Source: an uncultured bacterium | GTDB taxonomy: Bacteria > Omnitrophota > Omnitrophia > Omnitrophales > Abzuiibacteriaceae | DNA length: 64,000 nt | Assembly: GCA_964387845.1 (NCBI GenBank) | Contig: CAYLXA010000006.1 | Span: forward strand, 32,001-96,000 | Direction of reading: 5' to 3' | Shown: positions 18,168 through 28,510 of the stretch, piece after piece | Numbering within the stretch: position 1 is the first letter of the stretch | How the letters are laid out: every line of letters begins with the position of its first letter | Translations under genes and position numbers: made by a program | The notes under the pieces: model-generated | The model's database searches: none | What the model was told of the DNA's origin: nothing | What the model saw: only the letters and a program-made list of their open reading frames with translations

Positions 18168-19696
18168 GATCGTGTTTCTGAAACCGGCGCAGGCTCTCGA
18201 GTTTGATTTAAGTGAAAAGTATTTTTAATCTCAGCAAGTAAAGCTCTGGTAACATCCTTAACATTTTCCCAAGTGACCACATAAGGAACCGCGTAGGGCT
18301 GGCGCCGTGTTCCGGGGTGGCTGCCTTTGAAAAGAGCTGTGATGTATTTTAATAAATTTTCGCGGTTGGGGCGAAAATTTTTTAGAAGCTTTTGAATAAC
18401 GGAGGGCAGGTCTTTGATGTTTTCTAGATAAAAGGCGTTGTCATAATTTTTGTAAAAAGTGTCGCCAAGCACAACCAATGGCTTTTCAAGCAAGATAGCT
18501 TCCATCCCGATTGTATTGGATATGGAAACAATTAAAGAAGCGTTCTTCACTATATCAAAGCTTGGCAGCTGAGTATCTAAAAGTCTCACATTGTAAATGG
18601 AGCGCAGCCGGCGATATTCGGAAAGCGGTCTTCGGCCCAGAAAAATCGGATGGTCCTTAACGTAAAGTCTGTAGCCGGCCGGCAAACTTTTGCTGATATT
18701 TTCGATCACGGCGAGCTGATCGCAATAAAAGGGAGCCAAAATGAGCGTTGAGCGTTCGGGCTGTACTTGGAGCGGGTAAAAAATGTATTTTTCACCGGCA
18801 ACCGGTTTTTCGAAAAGATTGAGCGCTTTTCCCAGGTGGTGGCGGAACACGCGCGAAATTCTTGAGCGCACCAAATCCAAAAATTTCATCCGGCTGATAT
18901 CCAGTGGATCCGTAAAGTTATCCCAGCTGAAAGTAAATAAATTAATCAGTGCTTTAAAGCTGAAGTTGGGAACCTTGCTCCGTGTTTTTAAATAAAGCAG
19001 AGGTTCGTAATGATTGGTGTATTCGTGCAAGAAGGATTCGGCATGCTTTCTTTCATCGGTTGTTAATTCACGCGTCTTCAATTCCCGATAGGCAAGCTCG
19101 ACCGGTTCGCGTGAATCAAGGCAATCGTCATAAATCGAAAGGCGATGATTCAATTTTAAACTTCCCAGGGACCAAACGGGCACGCCTCGCTTTTTACCGA
19201 TTTTATAAATTAAATAGCTTAGCATGCAGCAAACGTCGTCCATGATAATCAAATCCGGCTGCTGCCGCTCAAGCGCCTCCTCCACAAAATGGATGCAAAG
19301 CTCCAGTGCACGCATGGCTTTATCATATGGCAGCTTTGAAATGTAACGGTCTGAAGAAATGTAAAAGGGTAGATTGGGGATGCCCAGTTCTTTTTCTTTT
19401 TGTTCTAAGAAGGAGAGGTCGTAGGGCGCCGACCAGTTTTTGGAGCGCAAATAATCCGTAAAAATACAGATTTCGTTCCAGGTCTTGTCTTGCTCGAGAA
19501 GTCTCTTGGCACTGATTTGTCCGTAAGAAATTCCTGAAAATTTTACAGATGGGATATCTTGACGCAGAAGTACGCTGATCCGCTGAAAGAAAATCTCATA
19601 AATTGATAAAAAGAAAGTAATTTTCATTAAATTGTCTAAAAGACCGCCCTTTAACTGGAAGGAAAGGAGTATAAACACAAAGATAAAACGCGTCAA
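18164..19696 (-). CDS. capsule polysaccharide biosynthesis protein family (Capsule_synth; KpsC/KpsS/LipA-like CMP-sugar-dependent glycosyltransferase)
   Basis: 510 aa. The YIFYPLQVQPERST motif is typical of the KpsS/KpsC beta-Kdo transferase family. The gene is co-transcribed with neuABC (4-nt overlap with neuC). Confidence 0.45.
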   Translation of the reverse strand: MTRFIFVFILLSFQLKGGLLDNLMKITFFLSIYEIFFQRISVLLRQDIPSVKFSGISYGQISAKRLLEQDKTWNEICIFTDYLRSKNWSAPYDLSFLEQKEKELGIPNLPFYISSDRYISKLPYDKAMRALELCIHFVEEALERQQPDLIIMDDVCCMLSYLIYKIGKKRGVPVWSLGSLKLNHRLSIYDDCLDSREPVELAYRELKTRELTTDERKHAESFLHEYTNHYEPLLYLKTRSKVPNFSFKALINLFTFSWDNFTDPLDISRMKFLDLVRSRISRVFRHHLGKALNLFEKPVAGEKYIFYPLQVQPERSTLILAPFYCDQLAVIENISKSLPAGYRLYVKDHPIFLGRRPLSEYRRLRSIYNVRLLDTQLPSFDIVKNASLIVSISNTIGMEAILLEKPLVVLGDTFYKNYDNAFYLENIKDLPSVIQKLLKNFRPNRENLLKYITALFKGSHPGTRRQPYAVPYVVTWENVKDVTRALLAEIKNTFHLNQTREPAPVSETRS

Positions 19697-19785
19697 CTTC
19701 TATGATGGCAAACGCTTGCCTTGAAAAGATGCATTGATAATCAAAGGGGGATCGGGTAAAATTCTCTCTTTGAAAGGCAGAAGAA

Positions 19786-20496
19786 ATGTCTCAATTAGAA
19801 GAAAAGCTTAGCTCTACAGACGAACAGAAAAAATCCGGATTACGCCGCGGTTTTAAAGCAGTTATTGAGAGACTTAGCCCCGCGCTTCTTTGGCAATTAC
19901 GGCGCTGGACCTATCTCAAGAATCCCAGAGAATTTTGGGCGCGTGTCGGTCAGGACAAAGGTTATGAGAACCCAGGCCCTGAAGTTACCCGGATTCAGGG
20001 TAAATTTATTGCTGATAAGATCAAGCCTTTAGCTCCGCGGTCTGTGCTCGAGATTGGCTGTGGCTGGGGCCGTATTTTGGGAGTTGTTCGTGAAGAGTTG
20101 GGCGCGGATGTAAAAGTGGTAGGTCTTGATTTTGGGCACCCGCAAATCACAACGGCAAAGAGCCGGCTTGGCAATTCATGCGGATTTGTGGAAGGCAATG
20201 CAGCCAAACTGCCTTTCAAGGACAATAGTTTTGACGTGGTTTATACGATGGGCGTTTTTATGCATATCCCGCCGGAATTTATTGAATCTGCTTATAGCGA
20301 AGCTGTTCGTGTCAGCCGGAAATACATTGTGCATGGCGAAGACTTAAGCGGAGCCTATCATCGTTTTCGCTATGACCACGAAAAAGAATACCGAAGCCGC
20401 GGATTTGGCATTCAAACCTGTGAAGCACCTAAGCTTCTTCACGTAGACCCAAAAAAGATCCCGCAATTTTTAATCGTACAAAAAAAATCTGTTTAG
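19786..20496 (+). CDS. class I SAM-dependent methyltransferase (type 11)
   Basis: Motif I VLEIGCGWGRILGVV. Motif post-I/II region VVGLDFG...FDVVYTMGVFMHI. Confidence 0.75.
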   Translation: MSQLEEKLSSTDEQKKSGLRRGFKAVIERLSPALLWQLRRWTYLKNPREFWARVGQDKGYENPGPEVTRIQGKFIADKIKPLAPRSVLEIGCGWGRILGVVREELGADVKVVGLDFGHPQITTAKSRLGNSCGFVEGNAAKLPFKDNSFDVVYTMGVFMHIPPEFIESAYSEAVRVSRKYIVHGEDLSGAYHRFRYDHEKEYRSRGFGIQTCEAPKLLHVDPKKIPQFLIVQKKSV

Positions 20497-20498
20497 AA

Positions 20499-22184
20499 TT
20501 AAACAGATTTTTTCTTGGCCGCAATTCTTAAAACTTTTTCCAGCCATTCGGATAGAAATTTCTGATCCAAAGAACTCTCAAGATTCAGTTTAGTCGTGGC
20601 AATGTCTTTGCTTGCGGAGGGGTCGACTTTAATGCGCTCGTGCAGCCTTCTGACCAAGGCTTGCGCAAAACAAAACTGTAGAAGCAGCAAAAGATGTTTT
20701 TTTGTTTCTTGATTCCATGTGCATTTAAAATATGAAATGTAAGCACCAAACCAATCGGTGACCCAATCGGCTTCGAATATTTTCTGAACCGGGTTTTTGC
20801 ATGCTATATGGACTAAGTCATATAGAAAAAATTCGTGCTTTCGGACACCCTCGAAGTCCAGTATGAAAATTTCTGAATCCTGAACTCCGCCAAATGATAA
20901 ATTTCCGCCAGAGATAATATCGCCGTGCACTGCAGTTCTTAGATTGGCGGCGTTTATGAATTTTGTTTTAAAGTATGTGCCCGCGATCTTGAGAACGGCT
21001 TTGAATGAAATTGTCTTTTCCAGGCATAGCAACAGCAGGCGCTTTGCGAAATCCAAACCAAAGAAAAATCGATCAAAGCGCTCAATCCATGTGACTGGCT
21101 CTTGATTAACTCGAGCTTGAAATTCAAACAATGCATCCAAAATTAATTTTTGAGATCCGGCTGAAAGGTTGGAAATATTTTCACGGTTGCCGATCGGATG
21201 CAGCTTCTCGTAGAGGGTGGTGTACTTGAAAAAAGAGTCAGACTGGATTCTGAGAACGCGAAACGTATTTGGTTTTGGATTTTGCAATGCTTTGAGGGTG
21301 TTTTTGTCTTTCAAAAATTGAAAAATATTTTTAGGACTTAAATTTCGTATTTTTTTAACCACAACAGTTCCGGCGTCCGATGTTTTTAAGGAGACATTGC
21401 CCCGCGATGTCCATGCTTTGTCCCACTGTTTGACGCTGAATGCTACTAAAATTCTTTCGCTAAGCATGTTAAAAGGAGCGATCAGCATGAGTCGTTCCAG
21501 GTGTGGTCTTGTTTTGGGAAACCACTTCATTAAGCTTCGGAATCCCGGACACCACGTGCCGCTTACCGCTTGAACTTCCAGAAAAGGGAATTGCAATTTC
21601 CATGCGAACGGGACCGTTTTTCTTGAAAGATAATCTTTTTCTGTGAAAGTCTTAAAAATAGTCCTGAAAAAAGTGCGTAAATTCAAAAAATAAGATGCGT
21701 TGATAAATTCTATAATGATAATGCCGTCAGCTTTTACAACCCTGGAAAATTCTTTAAGGCAAATTCTTTTTAATCGCAATGGGATCAAATGAAAGAATCG
21801 ACAGGATAGAACAATATCAAATGCCTGTTTTTGAAAGGGTAAATGCTCGGCGTCACCCTGAATTAAAGGCAATGGCGCTGACAAATTTGCTTTTGCTTGC
21901 ATGAGCATCTCATAAGCATAATCAAGTCCAATTATTTTCTGTGCACGGCTTTGAAGGAGATTTAGATTTCTGCCCGTACCGGTCGCAATGTCCAAAATCT
22001 TCTGTTTTGACAAGTCTGTGTAACCAAGAGATTCCAGAAGTCGAAGCGTCATCCGATTAGTTTGTTCAAGATCAAACAAACCCTTTTCATCACTGTAGCG
22101 TGCTTGGTGGTAAGAAGCCGCAATCATTTCATATTTTTCTTTTAGGTGCTTCTTACGGCTCTGCGGAGTTATTTCGGGTATCAT
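20499..22184 (-). CDS. bifunctional fusion: N-terminal class I SAM methyltransferase plus C-terminal APH/choline-kinase-like phosphotransferase domain
   Basis: N-terminal motif I ILDIATGTGRNLNLL (about 21963-21995, minus strand). C-terminal kinase-fold motifs VHGDIISGGNL (HxDxxxxN) and ILDFEG (DFE-type metal-binding Asp), about 20905-20932. Confidence 0.6.
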   Translation of the reverse strand: MIPEITPQSRKKHLKEKYEMIAASYHQARYSDEKGLFDLEQTNRMTLRLLESLGYTDLSKQKILDIATGTGRNLNLLQSRAQKIIGLDYAYEMLMQAKANLSAPLPLIQGDAEHLPFQKQAFDIVLSCRFFHLIPLRLKRICLKEFSRVVKADGIIIIEFINASYFLNLRTFFRTIFKTFTEKDYLSRKTVPFAWKLQFPFLEVQAVSGTWCPGFRSLMKWFPKTRPHLERLMLIAPFNMLSERILVAFSVKQWDKAWTSRGNVSLKTSDAGTVVVKKIRNLSPKNIFQFLKDKNTLKALQNPKPNTFRVLRIQSDSFFKYTTLYEKLHPIGNRENISNLSAGSQKLILDALFEFQARVNQEPVTWIERFDRFFFGLDFAKRLLLLCLEKTISFKAVLKIAGTYFKTKFINAANLRTAVHGDIISGGNLSFGGVQDSEIFILDFEGVRKHEFFLYDLVHIACKNPVQKIFEADWVTDWFGAYISYFKCTWNQETKKHLLLLLQFCFAQALVRRLHERIKVDPSASKDIATTKLNLESSLDQKFLSEWLEKVLRIAAKKKSV

Positions 22185-23239
22185 AATTTGCGCGCTTTTA
22201 GATTGGTAAATTGAGGGGAGTGGTGTATTAAAAAATTCCGAAGAATGGCCGCGACAGCTCGATGGCCATTGCGTGTCAGGTGTCCGTCTTTTTGGTAGTA
22301 AAGAGTCTGCGTGTCAGGAAGTTTCTTCATTTCTGGTGTTAAATCCAGAAAAGGAATCTTTAGTTCGTGAAGCCACGCCGCTACCGTTCGGTTCGGCTGT
22401 CCCAAATCATACAAAAGATCAAAGTTTGCAATTTGATTTGCAAGTTCAGCTTGGTCATCAGATTGCACCATGGTTTTATACGGGATCAAAACAACAAGAA
22501 GGGGGGTATTGATTTTCTTGGTTTCTTCTACTAATTCTGCCGTCAGAGTTTTAGAATATTCGTAATCTCTTTGAGCTGTTGGCGATAAATTTTTTGCTGT
22601 TAGTGCCAAATATTCATCCGGCAGTTTCCATTTTTGATTGACCCGGCGAAAAAATAGACGATGTCTCAGTATTTTTAGCAATGTAACGATTTTAATATCA
22701 CGGTGGCTTCTTACCGTCGGGCGATCAGACGAGGCGATGTTGCCATTTTTTCTTTCCCAGCGCCAGTTACCAACCAAGTCATTGCCCAGGTAAAGCATGT
22801 AAATAATAAGATCCGGCGAGTATTTCTTTCCGTAATGTTTTAGCCATTGCACTTGATGAATTAAATCAAACCCGCCTGATGCCGTGTTTAGAATTTCAGT
22901 GCCCAATTGCCGTTCAAGCAAATCTGCGAATATGAACGGGCGATCGACGCCGTAACCAAAGGTGAATGAATCGCCGAGAAGGACGATGCGCGGCCCTTGT
23001 TTTATTTGAATCGGATCATCGCGGAACCCGTCTTCGTTTGTCGTAATGGACACATCGTATTCGCTTGATACCATGCGTTGATCGAGTTTAGGCGCGTAAT
23101 GAAACCCGGTGTGGGGATCTGATTCCCACGGGGACCAGCTCTTTTTTGGATAATTAATGAATTGAAGGCCCGCTTCGGACAATAAAAGCACAATCAAGAT
23201 AGAAGCGAAGAGTAATAGTATTTTCTTAAGAATATCCAT
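22181..23239 (-). CDS. membrane-anchored SGNH/GDSL hydrolase
   Basis: Block I IVLLGDSFTFGYG, block II ASGGF, block III GNDLVGN and block V DGHLTRNGH. N-terminal TM. Confidence 0.7.
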   Translation of the reverse strand: MDILKKILLLFASILIVLLLSEAGLQFINYPKKSWSPWESDPHTGFHYAPKLDQRMVSSEYDVSITTNEDGFRDDPIQIKQGPRIVLLGDSFTFGYGVDRPFIFADLLERQLGTEILNTASGGFDLIHQVQWLKHYGKKYSPDLIIYMLYLGNDLVGNWRWERKNGNIASSDRPTVRSHRDIKIVTLLKILRHRLFFRRVNQKWKLPDEYLALTAKNLSPTAQRDYEYSKTLTAELVEETKKINTPLLVVLIPYKTMVQSDDQAELANQIANFDLLYDLGQPNRTVAAWLHELKIPFLDLTPEMKKLPDTQTLYYQKDGHLTRNGHRAVAAILRNFLIHHSPQFTNLKARKL

Positions 23240-23339
23240 CCGCTTTATGGGAGTTTTTTCATTCGAAATATGGTATGCTAGCGCAATTTAAGGGGTTATT
23301 TTATCATGCGCTGTTTCGTTTGTAATCAATTAAGAAAAT

Positions 23340-24287
23340 ATGATCTATCCGGAACATAAAACAGCTGCTGTTGTTTTTTCGATTGATGATATTCATCCTG
23401 CGTCTTCCATAAATGGTTACGAAGCGGGCGGTGATCTTGCGAAGGGTGTTTTGGGCCGGCTTCGGCAGCTTACTGTCGAGCATTCCGATTTTTGTGCCAC
23501 CTTGTTTGTTACCGCCGATTGGCGCGCGAAATCACCTTACCCGAATCTGCAAAACCGCATTTTAAACTACATTCCAGGAATGGGCGCGCACTTCGGCGCT
23601 CTTCCGCAATGGCCGGAAGGCTTTATGAGTCTTGATCGGCACCCTGATTTTGTTTCTTATCTTGACACTATTCCCCGGATCGAAATTGGCAGCCACGGCC
23701 TTACGCATGTGGGGTTGGGAAAAAATTTGATACGGGAATTTTTAGGGCTTTCTGAAAATGAAATTAGAAAACGTGTGAGTAAAATCGCCCAGATTTTTCA
23801 AAATGCGGGCTTGAAGAAACCTGCAGGTTTTTGTCCGCCGGGCTGGGGTTATAATGAGTTGTTATTGAAAGTAATTCCAGATTTCGGATATTCTTATATT
23901 GCCTGTTCGCGCGATTTAAACACGCCGATTAAAAGAGATGCTGTTTGTAATGAAAGTGGCATCAAAAACGTTTCTCTTGTGAACCCATGTTTTTTACCGG
24001 GTTCAAAAATTGTTCACATTCCGTCAAATTGGAGTGTCACGTGCAATTTGGACCGCGCTTATCAAATTATTGAATCGGGCGGCGTTTTATCAATCAAGGC
24101 ACATGCCGTTAAAAAAATGGGAACTTATGTGAGTGCCGATGGTTTAGATGATGCTTGCCAAAATTATTTGAGCAAACTATTTCATTCCTTAAAATCCCGT
24201 TTCGGCAACTCGATTTGGTGGACAACTATGAAAGAATTGGCCGTCCGATACCGCGACTCGCAATTTTCACATGCAAATTCTTCTTAA
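23340..24287 (+). CDS. polysaccharide deacetylase-like (NodB-fold) protein
   Basis: VVFSIDDIHP (TFDD-like Asp pair) and IEIGSHGLTHVGL (His-His metal/catalytic motif). Confidence 0.45.
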   Translation: MIYPEHKTAAVVFSIDDIHPASSINGYEAGGDLAKGVLGRLRQLTVEHSDFCATLFVTADWRAKSPYPNLQNRILNYIPGMGAHFGALPQWPEGFMSLDRHPDFVSYLDTIPRIEIGSHGLTHVGLGKNLIREFLGLSENEIRKRVSKIAQIFQNAGLKKPAGFCPPGWGYNELLLKVIPDFGYSYIACSRDLNTPIKRDAVCNESGIKNVSLVNPCFLPGSKIVHIPSNWSVTCNLDRAYQIIESGGVLSIKAHAVKKMGTYVSADGLDDACQNYLSKLFHSLKSRFGNSIWWTTMKELAVRYRDSQFSHANSS

Positions 24288-25233
24288 TCCCTCCACGAGC
24301 GCTGAAGAGTATATTCAATGCGCGGATGCTTGTTTCGGAAATTGGGGCGGCCGGCCTATGTATGAGTGGGTGTTCAACCGGCAAGTCGGTCCCATCCCGT
24401 CCGATCGTTTTGTTTTGGTGCGCGATGGTAAAATCGCCGGCGGAAGCGCGTTAACTTTCAGGCCTCTAAGGACTTCAAAAGGCAAATTAATGCAAGCGGC
24501 CGTTATCACCGGTTCATTCACTCTGCCAAATTTTAGAAAGCAGGGATTTTTTTCTACCATCATTGATTTAACTTTTAAGAGGTCTATTGAATTAGGGGCA
24601 TCTGTTTATCTTGGTTTTGCAGCAGCCAAGAATATGAGCGTGAACCGGTTGTTGGAGGCGGGCTGCGAAATTCTGCCAAGCCATTATTTTCAATTCAATA
24701 CCCAAAGTGCAAAGCAAACAGACTTTCGGATTCGTGTTTGCAATGTTGATGATTTTGATGCTCAAAAAAGGGCGTTCAATATTCGGTCAAAGCGCATGAA
24801 AGGGAAAAGCCATTTTGAATATTCGTTGGACGAATGGAAGGGGCAGATGATTAACAGGCCTCACCCGACTTTTTTATGTGAAGTTTTTGATGATCGTAAA
24901 AATTTGGGTTATTTTGTGACGAGCGATATTGAGGAGAAATACCGTTTGATTGAATTTTTCGCAGAAGATGAATCGTTTGATGAAAAAATTGTTTTGGCTG
25001 CTATTAATTATGCTCGTCAGTTTACGCAAGTCATAGATGCCTATACGATTGAAGCCAATACGCATAGAATTTTCCAGAATTGCCATGGCTATGAGATATC
25101 GGGATTATTATTTTTGAGAGCTTGCTCCCAGGGCGCAGACAGATCGCTCACACGTGCTTATTTGGACCAAGATCCAGCGCGCACGCAAAGCAGTTTATTG
25201 CCGTTTGCTTTTACCTCAGGCGATAGAATGTAA
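24271..25233 (+). CDS. GNAT-like acyltransferase (FemAB/GNAT superfamily), putative
   Basis: NFRKQGFFSTIIDLTFKRSIELGA resembles GNAT motif A. Placement in the EPS locus is consistent. Confidence 0.4.
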   Translation: MQILLNPSTSAEEYIQCADACFGNWGGRPMYEWVFNRQVGPIPSDRFVLVRDGKIAGGSALTFRPLRTSKGKLMQAAVITGSFTLPNFRKQGFFSTIIDLTFKRSIELGASVYLGFAAAKNMSVNRLLEAGCEILPSHYFQFNTQSAKQTDFRIRVCNVDDFDAQKRAFNIRSKRMKGKSHFEYSLDEWKGQMINRPHPTFLCEVFDDRKNLGYFVTSDIEEKYRLIEFFAEDESFDEKIVLAAINYARQFTQVIDAYTIEANTHRIFQNCHGYEISGLLFLRACSQGADRSLTRAYLDQDPARTQSSLLPFAFTSGDRM

Positions 25234-25297
25234 TTTGAATTTGTTTTGGAAAAATGAGTTTTTTTCCGAATGTATTTTAGGATATTTATCATGAAAC

Positions 25298-26290
25298 TTG
25301 AAACTAGTAGAGGCTAAAATGATCCAATCTCAGGCTTTCGATTACTCAAAGGAAAAGCTGGAATATGTGAATTGTAATTTTTGTGGATCTGACAATTATT
25401 TAATTTTGAGCAAGAAGGACCGTAATGGTTTAGATGTTAGAATGTGCATATGCAAATCTTGCGGGCTTATGTTTTTGAATCCCAGGATGACCCGAGAAGG
25501 TTATGATCTGTATTATCAGCAGGAATACCGTTCTCAAATGGAAAGACTTAAAATCAAAGAAAGTTCCAGAGATGATAATGTTTTATTTGAAAGAGGGAAA
25601 AGGGCAGGAAGGGAAATATTCAAACTTCTTGGGAAATATTTAAAAGATGGTATTACCATCGATGTGGGTTCTGGTACGGGAGGAATCTTGAAAAGTTTTC
25701 AAGAGCTTAACCCCGCTTTAATTCCTGTAGGTATCGAGCCTTCATCGTCAGCAGCTGAGTATGCCATTGCACATGGCGTAAAAACGTACACTTGTTTGTT
25801 TGAAGATTTCTCAGAAAATCTCGGCTCGATTTCTAATATTATGAGCATGAGAAATTTAAATCATTTATTGGATCCAAAGGCTTTTTTAGCTTGGGCTTAC
25901 CAAAATCTCTCTGACGATGGGCGGCTTGTTTTGTTGGTGCAAAATTTTCGCCACGCATCAAAGGATCGAGGAAAAATGATCTCTCAAGTAGATCATTGTT
26001 ATTATTTTGTTCCTGAAACTATCATTCCGCTTCTTAAACATTCCGGATTTGAAATTATTTTTTTTGATAATCCAGACGATCAAGGAATTTACAGTGTTTT
26101 AAAAAAGAAAAAAGCAGGACTGCCTGCAAGTATGAAAATTGTTGCAAAAAAGGTTGTCAAAAAGTATTTTTCTGTGAACGATCAAAAAATAGCCGGCAGC
26201 ATTTTAAAATCGTTTTCTCCCATTAAATTAAAAGTAGCAAAAATAAAATATTTATTTAATCATGCTATATTAAAGTACTTGAACTTCTAA
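25298..26290 (+). CDS. class I SAM-dependent methyltransferase with N-terminal zinc-ribbon (CxxC...CxxC) domain
   Basis: CNFCGSDNY...CICKSCG zinc ribbon, then motif I ITIDVGSGTGGILKSF. Confidence 0.7.
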   Translation: MKLVEAKMIQSQAFDYSKEKLEYVNCNFCGSDNYLILSKKDRNGLDVRMCICKSCGLMFLNPRMTREGYDLYYQQEYRSQMERLKIKESSRDDNVLFERGKRAGREIFKLLGKYLKDGITIDVGSGTGGILKSFQELNPALIPVGIEPSSSAAEYAIAHGVKTYTCLFEDFSENLGSISNIMSMRNLNHLLDPKAFLAWAYQNLSDDGRLVLLVQNFRHASKDRGKMISQVDHCYYFVPETIIPLLKHSGFEIIFFDNPDDQGIYSVLKKKKAGLPASMKIVAKKVVKKYFSVNDQKIAGSILKSFSPIKLKVAKIKYLFNHAILKYLNF

Positions 26291-26449
26291 ATGGGCCAGA
26301 GACAGCCACTCTATCACGAGCCCGTTTAAGCTTGACTTCTTGAGGCCCCTTCCCCATAATAAACTTCTAAAATTAGCTAATTTTAGCTGTTGCAGTTCAA
26401 AGGAATATAAGGGGAATAACCAAGTTATTTTTAGGTTTTTATTTAATTA

Positions 26450-27454
26450 ATGCTATTACATACGACTGCTAGATACATATCACGAAGATTATACTCTCAC
26501 GTATTTGCCAAGACTCCTCAGACAAAAGCGTTGTGGTGGTCATTCCGCGAGCATGTCCTGAATCGTTTTATACGGGGCGAGACGATCAAGGTTGAACTTT
26601 CCGCTAACTGCAATGCGCGCTGTTCGTTTTGCTGGATGTTTCAATCCGAAGCTAAGCCGGCAGGATTGATGACGCTGGAGAATTTCAAAAAATTTATTGA
26701 TATCAATAAAAACGATTTCAAAAAGCACCGGACGCACATCCAGCCGTTTTTTAACGGGGAAGCGCTGGTCAATCCGCATTTTTTTGATTTTATCGATTAT
26801 ATTGTCGCCAACAAAATTCCTTTGGCCCGTCTGGATACCAACCTCGGCGTGAAGCGCGATATGGATAAATTGATGAGCTATCCGTGGCCTGTCATTTGCG
26901 TCAACATCGGAGGAATCACAAAAGAAGTGCACGAGAAGGTTATGAAGACGAGATGGGAAATTGTAACTGAGAACTTGAAACGAATTTTACAAATCGACAA
27001 GAGCCGCGTGTTTATCAAAGCAACTCCGGTGAAGATTAATCTTCATCAAATTAAATCATTTCCACAATTCATGAAGGAGATGGGCGGCGACCCGGATCGT
27101 GTTGAATTTGGGACGACGGGTTTTAATATTCCTGCTGAAGCGACTGATCAGGAAATCGTGGATTATTTTAACGAGGTTGTTTCTCCGGAGGTTAACGAGC
27201 ATTTGCGATTTACGTATGATCTCTCGAAGCCCCGTTATGATATCAAAGCCAAAAGGCCGGGATGTCATTTTTTAAATGACTGCGTCACGTTTGATGGCAA
27301 GTTGACCATTTGCTGTCATGATCAATTGGGAAAACTCAACGTAGGAAACAGTTTTGAAACTCCGCTTTATGATCTGAAGAAATCCAAGAAGTATCATGAT
27401 TTTCGTCTGGCAGGCATTGATCAAAAGTTTAAGATGTGCAAAGAGTGCAATTAG
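26450..27454 (+). CDS. radical SAM domain protein with Cys-rich SPASM-like C-terminus
   Basis: CxxxCxxC at residues 54-61 (CNARCSFC, about nt 26609-26635). The C-terminus carries additional cysteines CHFLNDC...ICCHD...CKEC. Confidence 0.6.
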   Translation: MLLHTTARYISRRLYSHVFAKTPQTKALWWSFREHVLNRFIRGETIKVELSANCNARCSFCWMFQSEAKPAGLMTLENFKKFIDINKNDFKKHRTHIQPFFNGEALVNPHFFDFIDYIVANKIPLARLDTNLGVKRDMDKLMSYPWPVICVNIGGITKEVHEKVMKTRWEIVTENLKRILQIDKSRVFIKATPVKINLHQIKSFPQFMKEMGGDPDRVEFGTTGFNIPAEATDQEIVDYFNEVVSPEVNEHLRFTYDLSKPRYDIKAKRPGCHFLNDCVTFDGKLTICCHDQLGKLNVGNSFETPLYDLKKSKKYHDFRLAGIDQKFKMCKECN

Positions 27455-27566
27455 TCGTTCAGTTTTTCCAGTTTCCCGCCCGGTTCGTATCACATTCGAA
27501 ACCATCAGCAATGCTAAAGAAAGGTTGGTCGGCAGCGTGAGTGCTTTTTGGAAAAAACACAGGGTC

Positions 27567-28508
27567 ATGGTTGCGGGCGGCAGCGGCTTTTTGGGGTCTT
27601 ATGTTGTAGAGAAGATTCGTCAGCGTGGTTGCCGGAATATTTTTGTTCCGCGATCTTCTGTGTATGACTTGCGTGAAGAAGCTCGGGTCCGCAAAGCCTT
27701 CCAAAAGTTTAAGCCAACGCTTGTCATTCATTTGGCTGCGGTTGTGGGAGGGATTGGCGCTAACCGGAAAGAGCCCGGCCGGTTTTTTTACGATAATGCG
27801 GTGATCGGCGTGCATTTAATGGAGCAAGCCCGGCTCTCAAAAGTGAAAAAGTTTGTTGCAATCGGTACTATCTGCGCTTATCCCAAATTTTGCCCCGTTC
27901 CATTCAAAGAAATTAACCTGTGGAATGGTTATCCGGAAGAAACGAATGCGCCGTATGGGCTGGCGAAGAAAATGCTTTTGGTCCAAGCTCAAGCCTATCG
28001 CGCTCAATATGGATTTAATGCCATCTACCTTTTGCCGGTCAATCTCTACGGCCCGCGCGATAATTTTGATTTAGAATCCGGCCATGTTATCCCGGTTTTG
28101 ATCCGAAAATTTATAGAAGCGAAAAGAAAGAATAAAAAAGAAGTCGTTTTGTGGGGCAACGGCAGCCCGACGCGGGAATTTCTCTATGCGGCAGATGCGG
28201 CGGAAGGTATTTTGCTTGCAGCCGAGAAATACAACAAACCCGATCCGGTTAATTTAGGTTCCGGTAATGAAATTAGTATTTTGGACTTAGCTCGTTTAAT
28301 TCAAAAACTAACAGGCTATAGAGGAAAGTTGATTTGGGACAAAACCAAGCCGAACGGCCAGCCGCGCCGATGTCTTGATGTTTCTCGGGCAAAACGAGAA
28401 TTTAATTTCAAAGCTGCTGAAAAATTAGAAGATGGATTGCGCAAAACAATTCAATGGTACCAACAAAACCGAGAACCCATCCTTTTTAATCGTAAAAATT
28501 CCCGTTAA
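27567..28508 (+). CDS. fcl: GDP-L-fucose synthase (GDP-4-keto-6-deoxymannose 3,5-epimerase/4-reductase), SDR family
   Basis: [14 protein letters not shown]ossmann motif, [23 protein letters not shown], and catalytic YGLAKK (YxxxK). The ATG at 27567 was chosen. The longest ORF begins at 27396 and overlaps the preceding radical SAM gene. Confidence 0.75.
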   Translation: MVAGGSGFLGSYVVEKIRQRGCRNIFVPRSSVYDLREEARVRKAFQKFKPTLVIHLAAVVGGIGANRKEPGRFFYDNAVIGVHLMEQARLSKVKKFVAIGTICAYPKFCPVPFKEINLWNGYPEETNAPYGLAKKMLLVQAQAYRAQYGFNAIYLLPVNLYGPRDNFDLESGHVIPVLIRKFIEAKRKNKKEVVLWGNGSPTREFLYAADAAEGILLAAEKYNKPDPVNLGSGNEISILDLARLIQKLTGYRGKLIWDKTKPNGQPRRCLDVSRAKREFNFKAAEKLEDGLRKTIQWYQQNREPILFNRKNSR

Positions 28509-28510
28509 TA

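Noticed and set aside
26291..26449. Short direct repeat ttagctaatt ttagctg in the 160-nt spacer before the radical SAM gene
   Set aside because: Only two imperfect copies in an AT-rich promoter region. It is insufficient to call a regulatory element.
27396..27566. Upstream extension of the GDP-fucose synthase ORF to 27396
   Set aside because: It overlaps the radical SAM gene by about 60 nt and adds 57 residues with no SDR-family similarity. The Rossmann motif begins right after the Met at 27567.
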